From positions 1 through 64,000 of IMG/VR virus record IMGVR_UViG_3300008108_004834: a stretch of DNA of 64,000 bases. One strand, written 5' to 3'. A program made the position numbers and the translations under genes. This DNA is from a virus. The notes under the pieces were generated by a model. It was not told the DNA's origin. It made no database searches and saw nothing but the letters and a program-made list of their open reading frames with translations. How positions within the stretch are numbered: position 1 is the stretch's first letter; each line of letters starts with the position of its first letter. This document shows, in pieces, positions 46,284 to 56,735 of the stretch.

Positions 46284-49095
46284 TTTTACTCTACCTACAG
46301 AAAATATTGATGAGGTAATTTTAAGATTACTGGCCTTAGAACCTAATGAAATAGATGAACTTGATTACGAGACTTATAAAAACAATTTAAGAGAAATTTT
46401 AGTCGGAGTAACCACATTAAAAAGAAAAATTGGTGATACTGAATTTAATCTTATAAAAGATGAATTTAAAAGAGTAAGAGGAAAGAAAGGTAGATTTAAA
46501 ATTAAATTCAAGAAATCAAAGGTAACTGCCAATGGGTTAGGTCTTGGTGGAGTTAGAAAGCAGGTTGCAGGGACTCAAAGGAGACTGATGATTGCTCCTG
46601 TTGGGGGAGTTCCTAGAGGGGCTAAAGAAAAAATAGAAACGGTTTCTAAAGGAAGAGACAGTCAGTTTAATATTTTAGAAAGAATTAGTAATTCATTAGA
46701 TTCTATTGTTAAAACATTAACAGATATTAATAAAGATAATAAAAAAAGAATTGATACTGAAAGAAAAGATACGGAAAGTAAAAAAAGATTTGGTAAGGAG
46801 AGGGAATTAGAATCTAAAGTATTTGATGGAATAAAAAATGTAGTATCTGCTATTACCAAACCTTTTCAATCTATTTGGGATAAAATTATTAATTTTATTA
46901 AAAATATTATTCTTGGTAGAATTTTAATAAAGTTAGTAGATTGGATTGCTGATCCAAAAAATCAAGGAAAAATAAAAAGTATTATTAGATTCTTTAAAGA
47001 TTGGTGGCCAGCACTACTTGGTGGTTATGTTTTATTTGGCACAACTTTTGGAAAACTTGTTCGTTCCACTGTGGGGATGGTGGGAAGATTTATCTTTCAA
47101 ATCGGAAAGGTTGCAATTCCACAACTTTTAAAGTTCATTAAAACACCTTTGGGAAAAGGAGTTGCTCTATTCACTGCAGGAGCAACTATACCGGCAATGT
47201 TCCCCGGAACTGTTAATGAACAAGAGAGAAAGACTTCACAATCTCCGGGAAGTGCAGCGGATAAAATAAGACAACTTCAACAACAAAAAGCAAGTCTTAA
47301 TATATTTGAACGATTGCAAGGAAAAGGATCTGAGATTGATGAACAGATACGTTATTTACAAACTGGAAAAACTAAATCATATGGATTTAATGGTGGTGGA
47401 TTTGCCGGTCTAATAAGAGGTCCAAAAGGAAGAGATAAAGTACCAGCGATGCTCACCGATGGTGAGTTTGTGATGTCTGCTGGTGCAGTTCAAAAGTATG
47501 GTATTAATACTCTGGAAGCAATGAATGCTTCTGGAGGTGGAACAAATCAACCCCAAGTCGTTGCAGGAACAACATATGCTTATGGTGGAGGACGTATTGG
47601 GGGCCCTGAGAAAGACTCTGGGGGATATTCTGGTAATTTATCTAACGATCCAGTATCTTCCATTAAAAAGTTTATAAAGCACAAACTTGGATATGATGTA
47701 GATAAACCAAATACTTGGGGGTCATCTTTTCGTACAGGAATTTCTGGTATATCAGGATCAGGATCAGTATCAGGTTCCAGATATAAATTTCCAGAAAAGT
47801 TACCCAATTTAAGAGATATTACTAATCGTGGATTAGAGTTAGCAAATCAGTCTTATAATACTATTAAAAATCCAAATATACAAAGAGATATTACTAATCG
47901 TGGGCTAGAGTTAGCAAATCAGTCTTATAATACTATTAAAAATCCAAATACACTAAGATATGGAAAAGATAGGTTAAATGATATTGGAACAACAATAAAA
48001 GATAAACTTGTTCAATATTATGATTATCCATTAGCATCTCTTGAAAAATATGGAACAAATAGGGAAGATGCATTAATTAAATCTGGCGAACTGAAACCTG
48101 GAGCAGCTCTAACAAAAACGACACAAGCAAATCTTGATAAAAGTGACGCTTGGATTAATAGTCTTTATGATTCCAAGAGAGATAAAGGTCCAATCGGATC
48201 GGTCAAGAAAAGATTTCAAGATATTCAAAATAAAGGACTTTTTGCGGATCCTACTGCATTATTGGGACTAAAAAGTGAAGGGTTTGAAAAATTCGTGGAA
48301 AAGGCATCGGGGGGAAGAATTAAAAATTTTGGTGCCAAATTAACTGGTCTGCAATATGCAGCAAAAGGATTAATGGGTCCACTTGGAAAGGCATCTAGAA
48401 TTGATGATGGTGGATCTCTAGGTAGATATGTTAGACCTGCGATGTTGGAGGCACAGAGAAGAGGTCAAGGGGGTGTTGGGGCAATTGGACTGGGACAGAA
48501 TGATTACAATAGATTGATGGGAGATAAACTTGCTAATCTTGCTTTGGGGCAATTCAACTTTAGGGTTGATAAGAGTGGAAGAGCAACAACTGATGATACT
48601 TATGAAGCAAATAAATCTGCAGGTGAATATTTTAAGACTGCAAGACAATCATTGAAATCTGGTGACGTTGGTGGAGCTTTATTTAAGGCTGTTTCTGGGG
48701 TATTGAGAATAAATCAAAATACTGGTTGGGGAAATTTGAGACCGGGTGGATTGGGTATTGACCTGGGGGGTGGTTTTACGCCAACGGATAATAAGGGAAA
48801 ACCATTACCGCCAACAAAATCAAAATCTCCAGTTACTATGTACGGTCCTAATGATCCACGAAGAAAGCAATCTGGGTCATATAAATCTAGATTTGCTCGC
48901 CCAAGAAACGCTGGAGTTGCACCAGTAAAACCACCGGTTAGACCAAAACGAAGAACAAAATCAGACTTAGTTGGTAGTGGGGGAAGAAGCAGTGGAATAA
49001 AATCTTCCAATACCCAAAAACCAAAAACAGTAAGTCCAACACATCCAAAGGGAACAAGAACTTCTCAATCTACACTGGGAATTAATAAAAGATAA
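46273..49095 (+). CDS. large baseplate hub/tape-measure-like protein
   Basis: position after g51; D.VPAMLTDGEFV motif; basic helical regions. Confidence 0.65.
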   Translation: MAGNFTLPTENIDEVILRLLALEPNEIDELDYETYKNNLREILVGVTTLKRKIGDTEFNLIKDEFKRVRGKKGRFKIKFKKSKVTANGLGLGGVRKQVAGTQRRLMIAPVGGVPRGAKEKIETVSKGRDSQFNILERISNSLDSIVKTLTDINKDNKKRIDTERKDTESKKRFGKERELESKVFDGIKNVVSAITKPFQSIWDKIINFIKNIILGRILIKLVDWIADPKNQGKIKSIIRFFKDWWPALLGGYVLFGTTFGKLVRSTVGMVGRFIFQIGKVAIPQLLKFIKTPLGKGVALFTAGATIPAMFPGTVNEQERKTSQSPGSAADKIRQLQQQKASLNIFERLQGKGSEIDEQIRYLQTGKTKSYGFNGGGFAGLIRGPKGRDKVPAMLTDGEFVMSAGAVQKYGINTLEAMNASGGGTNQPQVVAGTTYAYGGGRIGGPEKDSGGYSGNLSNDPVSSIKKFIKHKLGYDVDKPNTWGSSFRTGISGISGSGSVSGSRYKFPEKLPNLRDITNRGLELANQSYNTIKNPNIQRDITNRGLELANQSYNTIKNPNTLRYGKDRLNDIGTTIKDKLVQYYDYPLASLEKYGTNREDALIKSGELKPGAALTKTTQANLDKSDAWINSLYDSKRDKGPIGSVKKRFQDIQNKGLFADPTALLGLKSEGFEKFVEKASGGRIKNFGAKLTGLQYAAKGLMGPLGKASRIDDGGSLGRYVRPAMLEAQRRGQGGVGAIGLGQNDYNRLMGDKLANLALGQFNFRVDKSGRATTDDTYEANKSAGEYFKTARQSLKSGDVGGALFKAVSGVLRINQNTGWGNLRPGGLGIDLGGGFTPTDNKGKPLPPTKSKSPVTMYGPNDPRRKQSGSYKSRFARPRNAGVAPVKPPVRPKRRTKSDLVGSGGRSSGIKSSNTQKPKTVSPTHPKGTRTSQSTLGINKR
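47811..47950 (+). repeat. 72-bp in-frame tandem duplication
   Basis: RDITNRGLELANQSYNTIKNPN twice; two nucleotide differences. Confidence 0.9.
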
Positions 49096-52000
49096 TGACA
49101 AAATTACTCCCTTCTTCAACTTCTGCTATTATTAAATCACAAAAAAGTGCGGTTATAAATTCCAAAAAACTTTTTAATATAAAATCAAAAACTACTCTTC
49201 TTGATGGATTCGCTGATCAAAAAGTGGGATCTTTTAACGGGTCTCTATCTCATATTGAGAAAAAAATTATTATAGTTGATAAACTTTTAAAGGAATCTTT
49301 ATTTCTATCAAGAAAAGAAGACCAATCAAAAAGAAAAGGCAAAGAACAAGAAAAGTTTTCTTCTAAGGAAAAGGAGTTAGAAACAAAGAAACCACCCACA
49401 GTAAAAGGTATAAAACTTCCAAGTCTACCGAAAATGGGATTTTTTGGGTGGATTAAAAATTTTATTACACAAACTATTCTTGGATTTTTTGCGGTAAGAT
49501 TAATAGAATTTCTTCCTCAACTTTTGAAAATACTTCCAGTAATTATTAAAGTAAGTGATTTTATTGTTAATGTTGGGGGTAAATTACTTGATGGACTTAT
49601 AACTTTTGTTGATTGGGGATATAAAGCATATGATACTACTCGCGGATTTGTTAAAAATACTTTTGGCGAAAATGGGGCAAAACAATTTGATCATCTTTCC
49701 AGTTTATTAAATAAGTTTTTAAATCTTGCAATCATTGCTGGAATGGTTGCTTCTGGGTCTGGAAGATTTAGTAGTGGTAAAGGACCTACGCCAAGTACAA
49801 GACCAAGGCCTGGAACTGGAGGAAGACCAAGAGTAACAACGTCAGGTGGAGGCCGGGCTGGTGGATTTGACTTAAGAAATCCTTTTAGACAAAGACCAAC
49901 GATTACTACAAGTGCCGGTAAAAAAGGATTACTCTCTTCTATTAGACCTCTTCTTAAGAGAATACCACTACCTGTTATTGGCGCATTAATTGATTTTGGG
50001 TTGTCTGTAGCACTTGGAGAAAATCCAGGAAGAGCAGCATTTAGAGCAATTGGAGCGGGCCTTCTTGGCGCTGTTGGAGTAGCAGCAGGATCAGTTATTC
50101 CAGTTGCTGGTAATTTTATTGGCGGATTACTTGGTGGTGCGGCTGGAGATGCAATTGGTGGTGCTCTGTATGATGCATTTTTCGGATCTGGAGTTAAACC
50201 AAATAAAGGAAAAACAGTCAAAGCTGCAGGTGGAGGGAGACCTAGTACTAAATCCGGAAGAACTATTAAGAAAAAAAGAAAATCAAGAACACTATCATTT
50301 ACGCCAAGAAGAATAAGACCCGGTGCTAATGCTGGGGGAGAAGATAAAGTTCAATCAATTTTTCCAAATCCATCTAAACCTGGAGGAATGTTTGGATTTT
50401 TGGGTGGATTGTTTGGCGAGAATAAACAAGAAGAACCACAAAAACCAAAAGAAAAAACAGCAAACCCTCAAGAGTTTTTGGTTAAAAGTAATGATGTTCT
50501 TGGAAAATCTGATTTCTTCGGTCCATTCTTTACACTTGCAATTAAAACAGTTCTTGGGCAAAAACCAGATATTTTAGATTATAGAAATGCTGGAAGAGGA
50601 TTAAATGCCTGGATGCAGACTACCTTTAAATCAAGTTCTATTGGGTTTGCTGGAGGTGGTGAAGTAGACATTAAACAACTTTTCTCCGGAGAAGACCTCT
50701 CAGATGCGATTGCAAAATCTGTTGAAGATTCTGTATCAAAGGAAGTTGATATGACTATTCGTGATTTGGCGAAAGAAATATCTTTGAGACCAGTTGGTAG
50801 AGAAGAGATGATTCGAGAGAATATTAAGAAGGGTACTGAAGCAGGAGCAACTGGAGGTGGTGGAGGTGGTGAAGTGGGAGGAACTACTGGTGTAGGAACA
50901 GTAGAGCAGAGAGCAATGCTTGATGCAATATCTTTTGCCGAAGGAACTAAAGCAAGTTATGGCACTGTTTTTGGTGGGAAAGTTATTCCGGAATTGGCTA
51001 GAGGTGAAATGACTGTCTCCCAAGTTCTTGAAATGCAAAGAACTGGAAGGTTTAACGGAATACAATACATACCACCCAATTCTTATGATTCTGATGCAAC
51101 TGGTAGATATCAGTTTATGTCTTATACTTTGAAAGAAGAAATTGGAAAACAAGGTGTAAAAATGGATGACAAATTTACACCATCTCTTCAAGATAAATTG
51201 ATATTGGGAAGAATAACTAGAATGAGGGGAGTTACTGCAGAACTTCTTAAAAAAGAAGGAATGAGTGCGGCAGTAATGGATAGGTTGGCCCCAGAGTTTG
51301 CTTCTTTTCCATATTCACCAAAAGGAAATAGAAGTTATTATGGACAACCAGTGAAAAGTCCGGAATCTATTAGAAACGCATATAACAAAGCACTTGGAAT
51401 TCAAAGAGAACTTGCTTCTACACAATCTGAAAAAGGAGGAGGAACACTTGGATCTAAAAAAGGAAATTTAGATGAAGCTCAAAGAATTGCCCAAAGTATG
51501 GGTCTTACAATGACTAGTGGAACAAGAGGACCTCGTTATCCAGGCGATAGAAGTCTTCATATACAGGGAAGAGCAAGAGATTTTTCTAATGATTCTGTTG
51601 GTAGAGGAACTCCACAACAATTAGCATATGCCAAAAAGATGGTAAATGAGTTTGGGTCATCTCTTACTCAATTAATATATACGCCTTTGGGATATGGAAT
51701 TGCCAACGGAAAAAAGGTTCCGTTAAGTTACTGGGGAGAGAGTACTAATAGAGGACACTATAATCACGTTCACGTTGCATATGAAAAAGGTGGAGAAACA
51801 TTGGATGGCCCACATACAGCATTAATTGGAGAAAAGGGGAAAGAATATGTTATTGATGCAGATTCATATGAAGAGACAGAAAGAGTTGCACCTGGATTAT
51901 TGGACATCCTTAACTATAATGTCCACGATAAAACTTCATTGCAAAAAAATATGCCAGCAATCATTGGTTCTCTAAGTCAATATGCCGATTATGAAATGAC

Positions 52001-52154
52001 GTATTCTGAACCAGAAGTTGCATTTATACCGATACCTTTGCAAGATTCTGTTGGTGACTATGGAACTACATCTAGACCCTCAGTTTCTTATGATAGTATA
52101 TCATCTATAGATAGTATATCATCACAAATCAGCGACTCTTTAATGTACGGATAA
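49095..52154 (+). CDS. hub/tape-measure-like protein with lambda-type muramidase and M15-like peptidase domains
   Basis: AMLDAISFAEGT...ATGRYQF...QD; SLH..GRARD...HYNHVHV. Confidence 0.7.
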   Translation: MTKLLPSSTSAIIKSQKSAVINSKKLFNIKSKTTLLDGFADQKVGSFNGSLSHIEKKIIIVDKLLKESLFLSRKEDQSKRKGKEQEKFSSKEKELETKKPPTVKGIKLPSLPKMGFFGWIKNFITQTILGFFAVRLIEFLPQLLKILPVIIKVSDFIVNVGGKLLDGLITFVDWGYKAYDTTRGFVKNTFGENGAKQFDHLSSLLNKFLNLAIIAGMVASGSGRFSSGKGPTPSTRPRPGTGGRPRVTTSGGGRAGGFDLRNPFRQRPTITTSAGKKGLLSSIRPLLKRIPLPVIGALIDFGLSVALGENPGRAAFRAIGAGLLGAVGVAAGSVIPVAGNFIGGLLGGAAGDAIGGALYDAFFGSGVKPNKGKTVKAAGGGRPSTKSGRTIKKKRKSRTLSFTPRRIRPGANAGGEDKVQSIFPNPSKPGGMFGFLGGLFGENKQEEPQKPKEKTANPQEFLVKSNDVLGKSDFFGPFFTLAIKTVLGQKPDILDYRNAGRGLNAWMQTTFKSSSIGFAGGGEVDIKQLFSGEDLSDAIAKSVEDSVSKEVDMTIRDLAKEISLRPVGREEMIRENIKKGTEAGATGGGGGGEVGGTTGVGTVEQRAMLDAISFAEGTKASYGTVFGGKVIPELARGEMTVSQVLEMQRTGRFNGIQYIPPNSYDSDATGRYQFMSYTLKEEIGKQGVKMDDKFTPSLQDKLILGRITRMRGVTAELLKKEGMSAAVMDRLAPEFASFPYSPKGNRSYYGQPVKSPESIRNAYNKALGIQRELASTQSEKGGGTLGSKKGNLDEAQRIAQSMGLTMTSGTRGPRYPGDRSLHIQGRARDFSNDSVGRGTPQQLAYAKKMVNEFGSSLTQLIYTPLGYGIANGKKVPLSYWGESTNRGHYNHVHVAYEKGGETLDGPHTALIGEKGKEYVIDADSYEETERVAPGLLDILNYNVHDKTSLQKNMPAIIGSLSQYADYEMTYSEPEVAFIPIPLQDSVGDYGTTSRPSVSYDSISSIDSISSQISDSLMYG

Positions 52155-52157
52155 GAA

Positions 52158-53501
52158 ATGATAGATGTAACAGAATCACTCAAGAAGAGTAATAATAACA
52201 TTCCTATTTTTGAACTTTTTCCAAATGCAGGAGGGGACCCAATTGCATTAAATAAGGGAGTTGCAGAATTACATTATTACGAAAATATCTTATCAGAGAG
52301 TATTCGTATTTCTGCAGTAGTTGTTGATACTGGAAATGCTTCGCCTGCAAATGATGGTACTGGAGCATCAATAGGATTTGCAGAAGCTCTTAAAATAGGT
52401 AATGGGGAAAAGATCTATTTACAGATAGAAGATGGATTTAATCCTCCAAATAAACTTTCCTTTATTACCGAGGAAAAATCATTTCATCTGAATCAAACGG
52501 AAAAAATATCAGAGCATACTCAAAAGAGCGTTTTTTCGCTTGATATAGTATCAAAGGAATTTCTTAAAAATGAATTATCAGACACAAGAGTAGTTAAAAG
52601 ATATGATGGAAAAATATCAGATCATATTGAAAAAATCTTAAAGGAAAACTTAAAAACAGAAAAGGAACTTGATATTGAAGTAACCGAAAATAGATTCAAT
52701 TTTATTGGAACAACTAAAAAACCATTTTGGACAATCTATTGGTTAGCAAAAAAATCAATTCCAAATATACCAGATGCTTTTGGTAAAACTGCTGGATTCC
52801 TATTTTTTGAAACTGCCGATGGATATAAATTTAAATCAGTAGATAAACTTTTTGATCGTATTGCAATCAAAAAATACATCTTTAATAACACAACTTCAAC
52901 TATAGTTCCTGTTGGATATGATGGAAAAATCTTGAATTATGAATCAACGGATTCTAGTGATTTTCAATCAAAACTACAAATAGGAACATATAATTCTGAA
53001 AATAAAGGAGTTGATGCTTTTGAAAGTTTTTACAATCAAAAACCAATTGATCTGGATTTACAAGAACCTGTAGTTATCACAGGAGGAACTGACTTTAAGT
53101 TTGTAAATAAAGAATTTACAAATTTTCCAAGTCGTTTTAGTTGGAGTTTAGATTCTGTTGGATTCTTACCTGATGGAAATAGTTTAACAGAACAACTTAA
53201 GAAATCAAAGGAACTTGATATTGACAAACAACAAATACAAAGTCGGGCTGCATCAAGATATAATCAATTATTTACAGTAACACTAAAAATAACTCTTGCT
53301 GGCGACTTTAGTTTGCGGGCGGGTGACTTAATACATTGCGATTTTCCAGAACTTTCTACTAAACCAAATCCAAGTTATAATCCAAGAATGAGTGGAGTTT
53401 ATATGATTTCTGCATTATGCCATTCTATTTCTAATAATGAAACATATACTAACTTAGAATTAATTCGCGATTCTTATGGAAGAAAACCTGCACAGATGTA
53501 A
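52158..53501 (+). CDS. baseplate hub gp27-like
   Basis: YYENILS, FLFFET..GYKFKS, SG.Y.ISALCH, RDS. Confidence 0.7.
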   Translation: MIDVTESLKKSNNNIPIFELFPNAGGDPIALNKGVAELHYYENILSESIRISAVVVDTGNASPANDGTGASIGFAEALKIGNGEKIYLQIEDGFNPPNKLSFITEEKSFHLNQTEKISEHTQKSVFSLDIVSKEFLKNELSDTRVVKRYDGKISDHIEKILKENLKTEKELDIEVTENRFNFIGTTKKPFWTIYWLAKKSIPNIPDAFGKTAGFLFFETADGYKFKSVDKLFDRIAIKKYIFNNTTSTIVPVGYDGKILNYESTDSSDFQSKLQIGTYNSENKGVDAFESFYNQKPIDLDLQEPVVITGGTDFKFVNKEFTNFPSRFSWSLDSVGFLPDGNSLTEQLKKSKELDIDKQQIQSRAASRYNQLFTVTLKITLAGDFSLRAGDLIHCDFPELSTKPNPSYNPRMSGVYMISALCHSISNNETYTNLELIRDSYGRKPAQM

Positions 53502-53533
53502 TAAATAATAATTAAATGTACATAGTATCCCAT

Positions 53534-53749
53534 ATGGGAAGAACACTACAGCAGCACATTAATGATGATAGAAATGAATTAGACAATCCAAATACAAATG
53601 GGCAACGTAGGCGTCATTTGGAAGATGAGTTAACTTCTCTTGAGAAGTATCAAACCAATCATCCAGAAGATGAGCACGATCCTTCATCGTTAGAATTGTA
53701 TTGCGATTCTAATCCAGATGCTTTTGAATGTAGAATTTATGAAGATTGA
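53534..53749 (+). CDS. cp12: CP12 Calvin-cycle inhibitor
   Basis: RRH...EL..LE.Y...HDPSSLELYCDSNPDAFECRIYED. Confidence 0.88.
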   Translation: MGRTLQQHINDDRNELDNPNTNGQRRRHLEDELTSLEKYQTNHPEDEHDPSSLELYCDSNPDAFECRIYED

Positions 53750-53751
53750 TT

Positions 53752-55527
53752 ATGTCTGACGTAACAACTGGAAAAGGTTTTGATTCTGAGTTTTTAACAC
53801 ATCCGCCAAGGTGGTTTGGTCGTATTGAATCCAGTGAAACTTGGAGAGATAATATTGCCGCACAAAAATTTGATCAATTACCTGATATAAAAGGTTGGGG
53901 ATATCGTTATAAAGTAAGAATCTTTAGTTGGCATACTGGAGATATGAATGTAGTACCTCCAGATCAAATGGTAATGGCAAATGTAATTTTGCCAGTGACT
54001 TCTGGATCTGGTTTAGGTGGATTTGGAGAAACTCCATGTCTTTCTGCCGGATGCATTGTTACCGGATTTTTTATGGATGGAATGGGTGGTCAAGAACCCT
54101 ATATTGATGGAGTTCTTGGAAACTCAAACAATAACGTACCTAAAGAGAGGGGCGGACCGCCGCCAAATAATAATCCAACTCCCTCGGGTTCTTCTGCGCA
54201 GAATTTAGATAATTTAACTACTGCTCAATTAAAAAATCTTTTAAATCCAGCAAAAACGCCAACAAAAGAAGAATTTGCTGCGGCTTCGGCGGCGCGACAA
54301 GCAGCGACATCTGCGGGTCTTCCCAAAGACGAAATTGAAAGGCAAGTTCTTTTGGCAACAGTAAAGGCATCTCAACCTGAGCAATCTACTCCTAGACAAT
54401 TAAAAGAAGTTCAGAGTACCCTTGGTTATCAGTTATATGATTCAACTTTTAATAATCCAAATATAGCAAAACTTCCAGATTTTAGAACGGTTAGTAAGTT
54501 AAATCTTGGTGGCGTTCCTGGACCATCTAACTTTCCACTATATACTTTTGATTCTTTACATCTCGATCCAGTTAAATCTTACTTGATGCAGGATGAAGAT
54601 AAAAAGATTTTAAGACCATTGATTAGTCCTTGTAAGAAAAAAAATTCGGAATTAAAGGGCATTCAAAGAGTTATTAAAAATTTATTAAATACAGTAGAGC
54701 AACTTAAAAAGTATGCGGGAGAGGCAACCGCATTTGCAAATTCAATACTAACAAAAGTTCAAAATGCCGTAAGTGAAGCCTCATCATATATTTCTTCATT
54801 TATGACATCTATACTTGGTAATGTAATGTCTTATATCCAGAATAAGATTTCTGATGGAGTGAAAGAAATTAAAGGATTTTTATTTCCGGGAGAATTTCCG
54901 GGATTTACTTCAATAGTGGAAACTGGACTGGAAGGTATTAATTGTGTTTTTCAGAAAATAGGTAGAGCATTAAAATCTATTTTTGAGGATCTTCTTCTCA
55001 AACTTCTGGATAACGCAATTAATGGACCTTTATGTGCAACTGAAACTTTGATTTCTGATTTTCTTGCTGGTGGGGTATTGGATAAAATTAGCAATATAAT
55101 AAATTCTGTTATTAGTCAAATTACACAATTTATTGGTGGCGGAATAACTTCTGTTGTTAGTAATATTTTTAATGCTCTTGATTTTGTAACTGGAATTTTA
55201 GAATTTTTTAAGTGTGATGAGGAAAAATCTTGTCCAGATTATAATGAAATAAATCTTGCTGGACCTGCAGTACCTGGAGGAGATACTCCTTTACCAGTAC
55301 CTGGAGGTAATAAAACACCTTCTGATGGCGATAAGAATGTTGTTGCAGATTCTCAGAATACATCTGAAGGATTAAGTGAAGGTAAGGCAGAAGCACAACC
55401 ACAATCTAATGTTGCTGTCGGAACCGAAAAACCAACAAATCAACTTCAAGTTGGAGAATCTAATCAACAAACTAGAGATGCTGCTAAGCAAGAGAGAGAC
55501 TTAATTAAAAAGACACTAGAATTTTAG
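53752..55527 (+). CDS. g5: gp5-like baseplate spike, N-terminal OB-fold protein
   Basis: RYKVRI..WH, V.GFFMDG..GQEP.I.G. Confidence 0.75.
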   Translation: MSDVTTGKGFDSEFLTHPPRWFGRIESSETWRDNIAAQKFDQLPDIKGWGYRYKVRIFSWHTGDMNVVPPDQMVMANVILPVTSGSGLGGFGETPCLSAGCIVTGFFMDGMGGQEPYIDGVLGNSNNNVPKERGGPPPNNNPTPSGSSAQNLDNLTTAQLKNLLNPAKTPTKEEFAAASAARQAATSAGLPKDEIERQVLLATVKASQPEQSTPRQLKEVQSTLGYQLYDSTFNNPNIAKLPDFRTVSKLNLGGVPGPSNFPLYTFDSLHLDPVKSYLMQDEDKKILRPLISPCKKKNSELKGIQRVIKNLLNTVEQLKKYAGEATAFANSILTKVQNAVSEASSYISSFMTSILGNVMSYIQNKISDGVKEIKGFLFPGEFPGFTSIVETGLEGINCVFQKIGRALKSIFEDLLLKLLDNAINGPLCATETLISDFLAGGVLDKISNIINSVISQITQFIGGGITSVVSNIFNALDFVTGILEFFKCDEEKSCPDYNEINLAGPAVPGGDTPLPVPGGNKTPSDGDKNVVADSQNTSEGLSEGKAEAQPQSNVAVGTEKPTNQLQVGESNQQTRDAAKQERDLIKKTLEF

Positions 55528-55529
55528 TA

Positions 55530-56735
55530 ATGGCATTTACAAATAAAGTTCCAGATAGATCAATACGGGTTTCATTTTATGATAACGATGGGGTTCGTGT
55601 AGATAATGTAACTAAAGATCAAGCAAAAACGATAGAGGCTGCAAGTCCCGGAAAATTATTTTATTTTCAAGACAAGAACGGTCTTCAAAGAGAACTGACA
55701 ATTGAGGAAGTTTTAAAACTTACACCAGAAAAAGATTTAATCAGTAATACTGCATCAACTCGTTCTGGGTGTCCAACAGCACCTCAACCCTGTGGGCCGC
55801 CAAAAGTTCAATTTTTTGGTGGAGAAGGTGTTGGTGCTATGGCTAATGCTGTAATTAGCCCAATTTCTTCTGGGGTAATGGCATTTGATATAGTCAATCC
55901 CGGAAAAGATTATAAAAATGCTCCTTTTGCGGTTTTAGATGATGAGTGTGGTAAAGGAAGTGGCAGTTCTTTAAAAGTTATTACAGAACCTTCCGGAAAA
56001 ATAGACAATATCAGTGGCAAAGATATTCTGCAAGTCAAAAATGTGATTATTAATACCCAAGGGCACGGATATTTAAGCAATTTTGATGGGAGTTTGGGGG
56101 GAAACGGAAGAACTTGGAAAGAAGCGGATGAAGGATATGTACAGACAAAAGAAGGAAAGTATTATACTGTTCCTGATGGTAAGCAACCATCAACATTAAC
56201 TCCAGGAGACACTTGGAATCCTCCATTCGATCCGCCAGTGGATGTTCCGGAAGATTTTGAACCAGGAGATCCTCTTCCTCCTACACCTCCAGTTCCTCCC
56301 ACACCTCCAGTTCCTCCCACACCTCCAGTTCCTCCTACACCTCCAGTTCCTCCTACACCTCCTTCGCTGACTTACAAAGTTCTTGTTTGTCTTGATGGAG
56401 TTGTTATTGATGATCCTGGGTTTAATTATAAACCTGGCGATAAAATTAAAATGATTCCTGACAATGGATCTACTTTGGAACCAATAATTAATAATAGAGG
56501 TGAAGTTATTGAAGTTAAAATCACATCAAAAGGATGTGGATTCCAAGATTTACCTCAGATTATATTAGAGTCTTCAACCGGATTTAATGCAATCATTAAG
56601 CCGATTTTAAATGTAACAAGAATCATTAATGAAGAAGAACTCCTAAATGTACCTGCCGGAGTTCCACTTGTTTCTGTTATTGATTGTGTTGGAAAAATAG
56701 CACCAAAAACTACATTTGACATAGTACCGAGATGA
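55530..56735 (+). CDS. baseplate/virion protein with Pro-rich linker
   Basis: I.NPG..Y repeats, CGPP, VIDCVG. Confidence 0.65.
   Translation: MAFTNKVPDRSIRVSFYDNDGVRVDNVTKDQAKTIEAASPGKLFYFQDKNGLQRELTIEEVLKLTPEKDLISNTASTRSGCPTAPQPCGPPKVQFFGGEGVGAMANAVISPISSGVMAFDIVNPGKDYKNAPFAVLDDECGKGSGSSLKVITEPSGKIDNISGKDILQVKNVIINTQGHGYLSNFDGSLGGNGRTWKEADEGYVQTKEGKYYTVPDGKQPSTLTPGDTWNPPFDPPVDVPEDFEPGDPLPPTPPVPPTPPVPPTPPVPPTPPVPPTPPSLTYKVLVCLDGVVIDDPGFNYKPGDKIKMIPDNGSTLEPIINNRGEVIEVKITSKGCGFQDLPQIILESSTGFNAIIKPILNVTRIINEEELLNVPAGVPLVSVIDCVGKIAPKTTFDIVPR
56277..56363 (+). repeat. 18-bp tandem repeat (~4.8 copies, PPTPPV)
   Basis: CCTCCYACACCTCCAGTT units. Confidence 0.95.

Noticed and set aside
56277-56363. 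CRISPR array
   Set aside because: No spacers; this is an in-frame coding repeat. The Cas4-like exonuclease at 37679 is a core T4-like gene.
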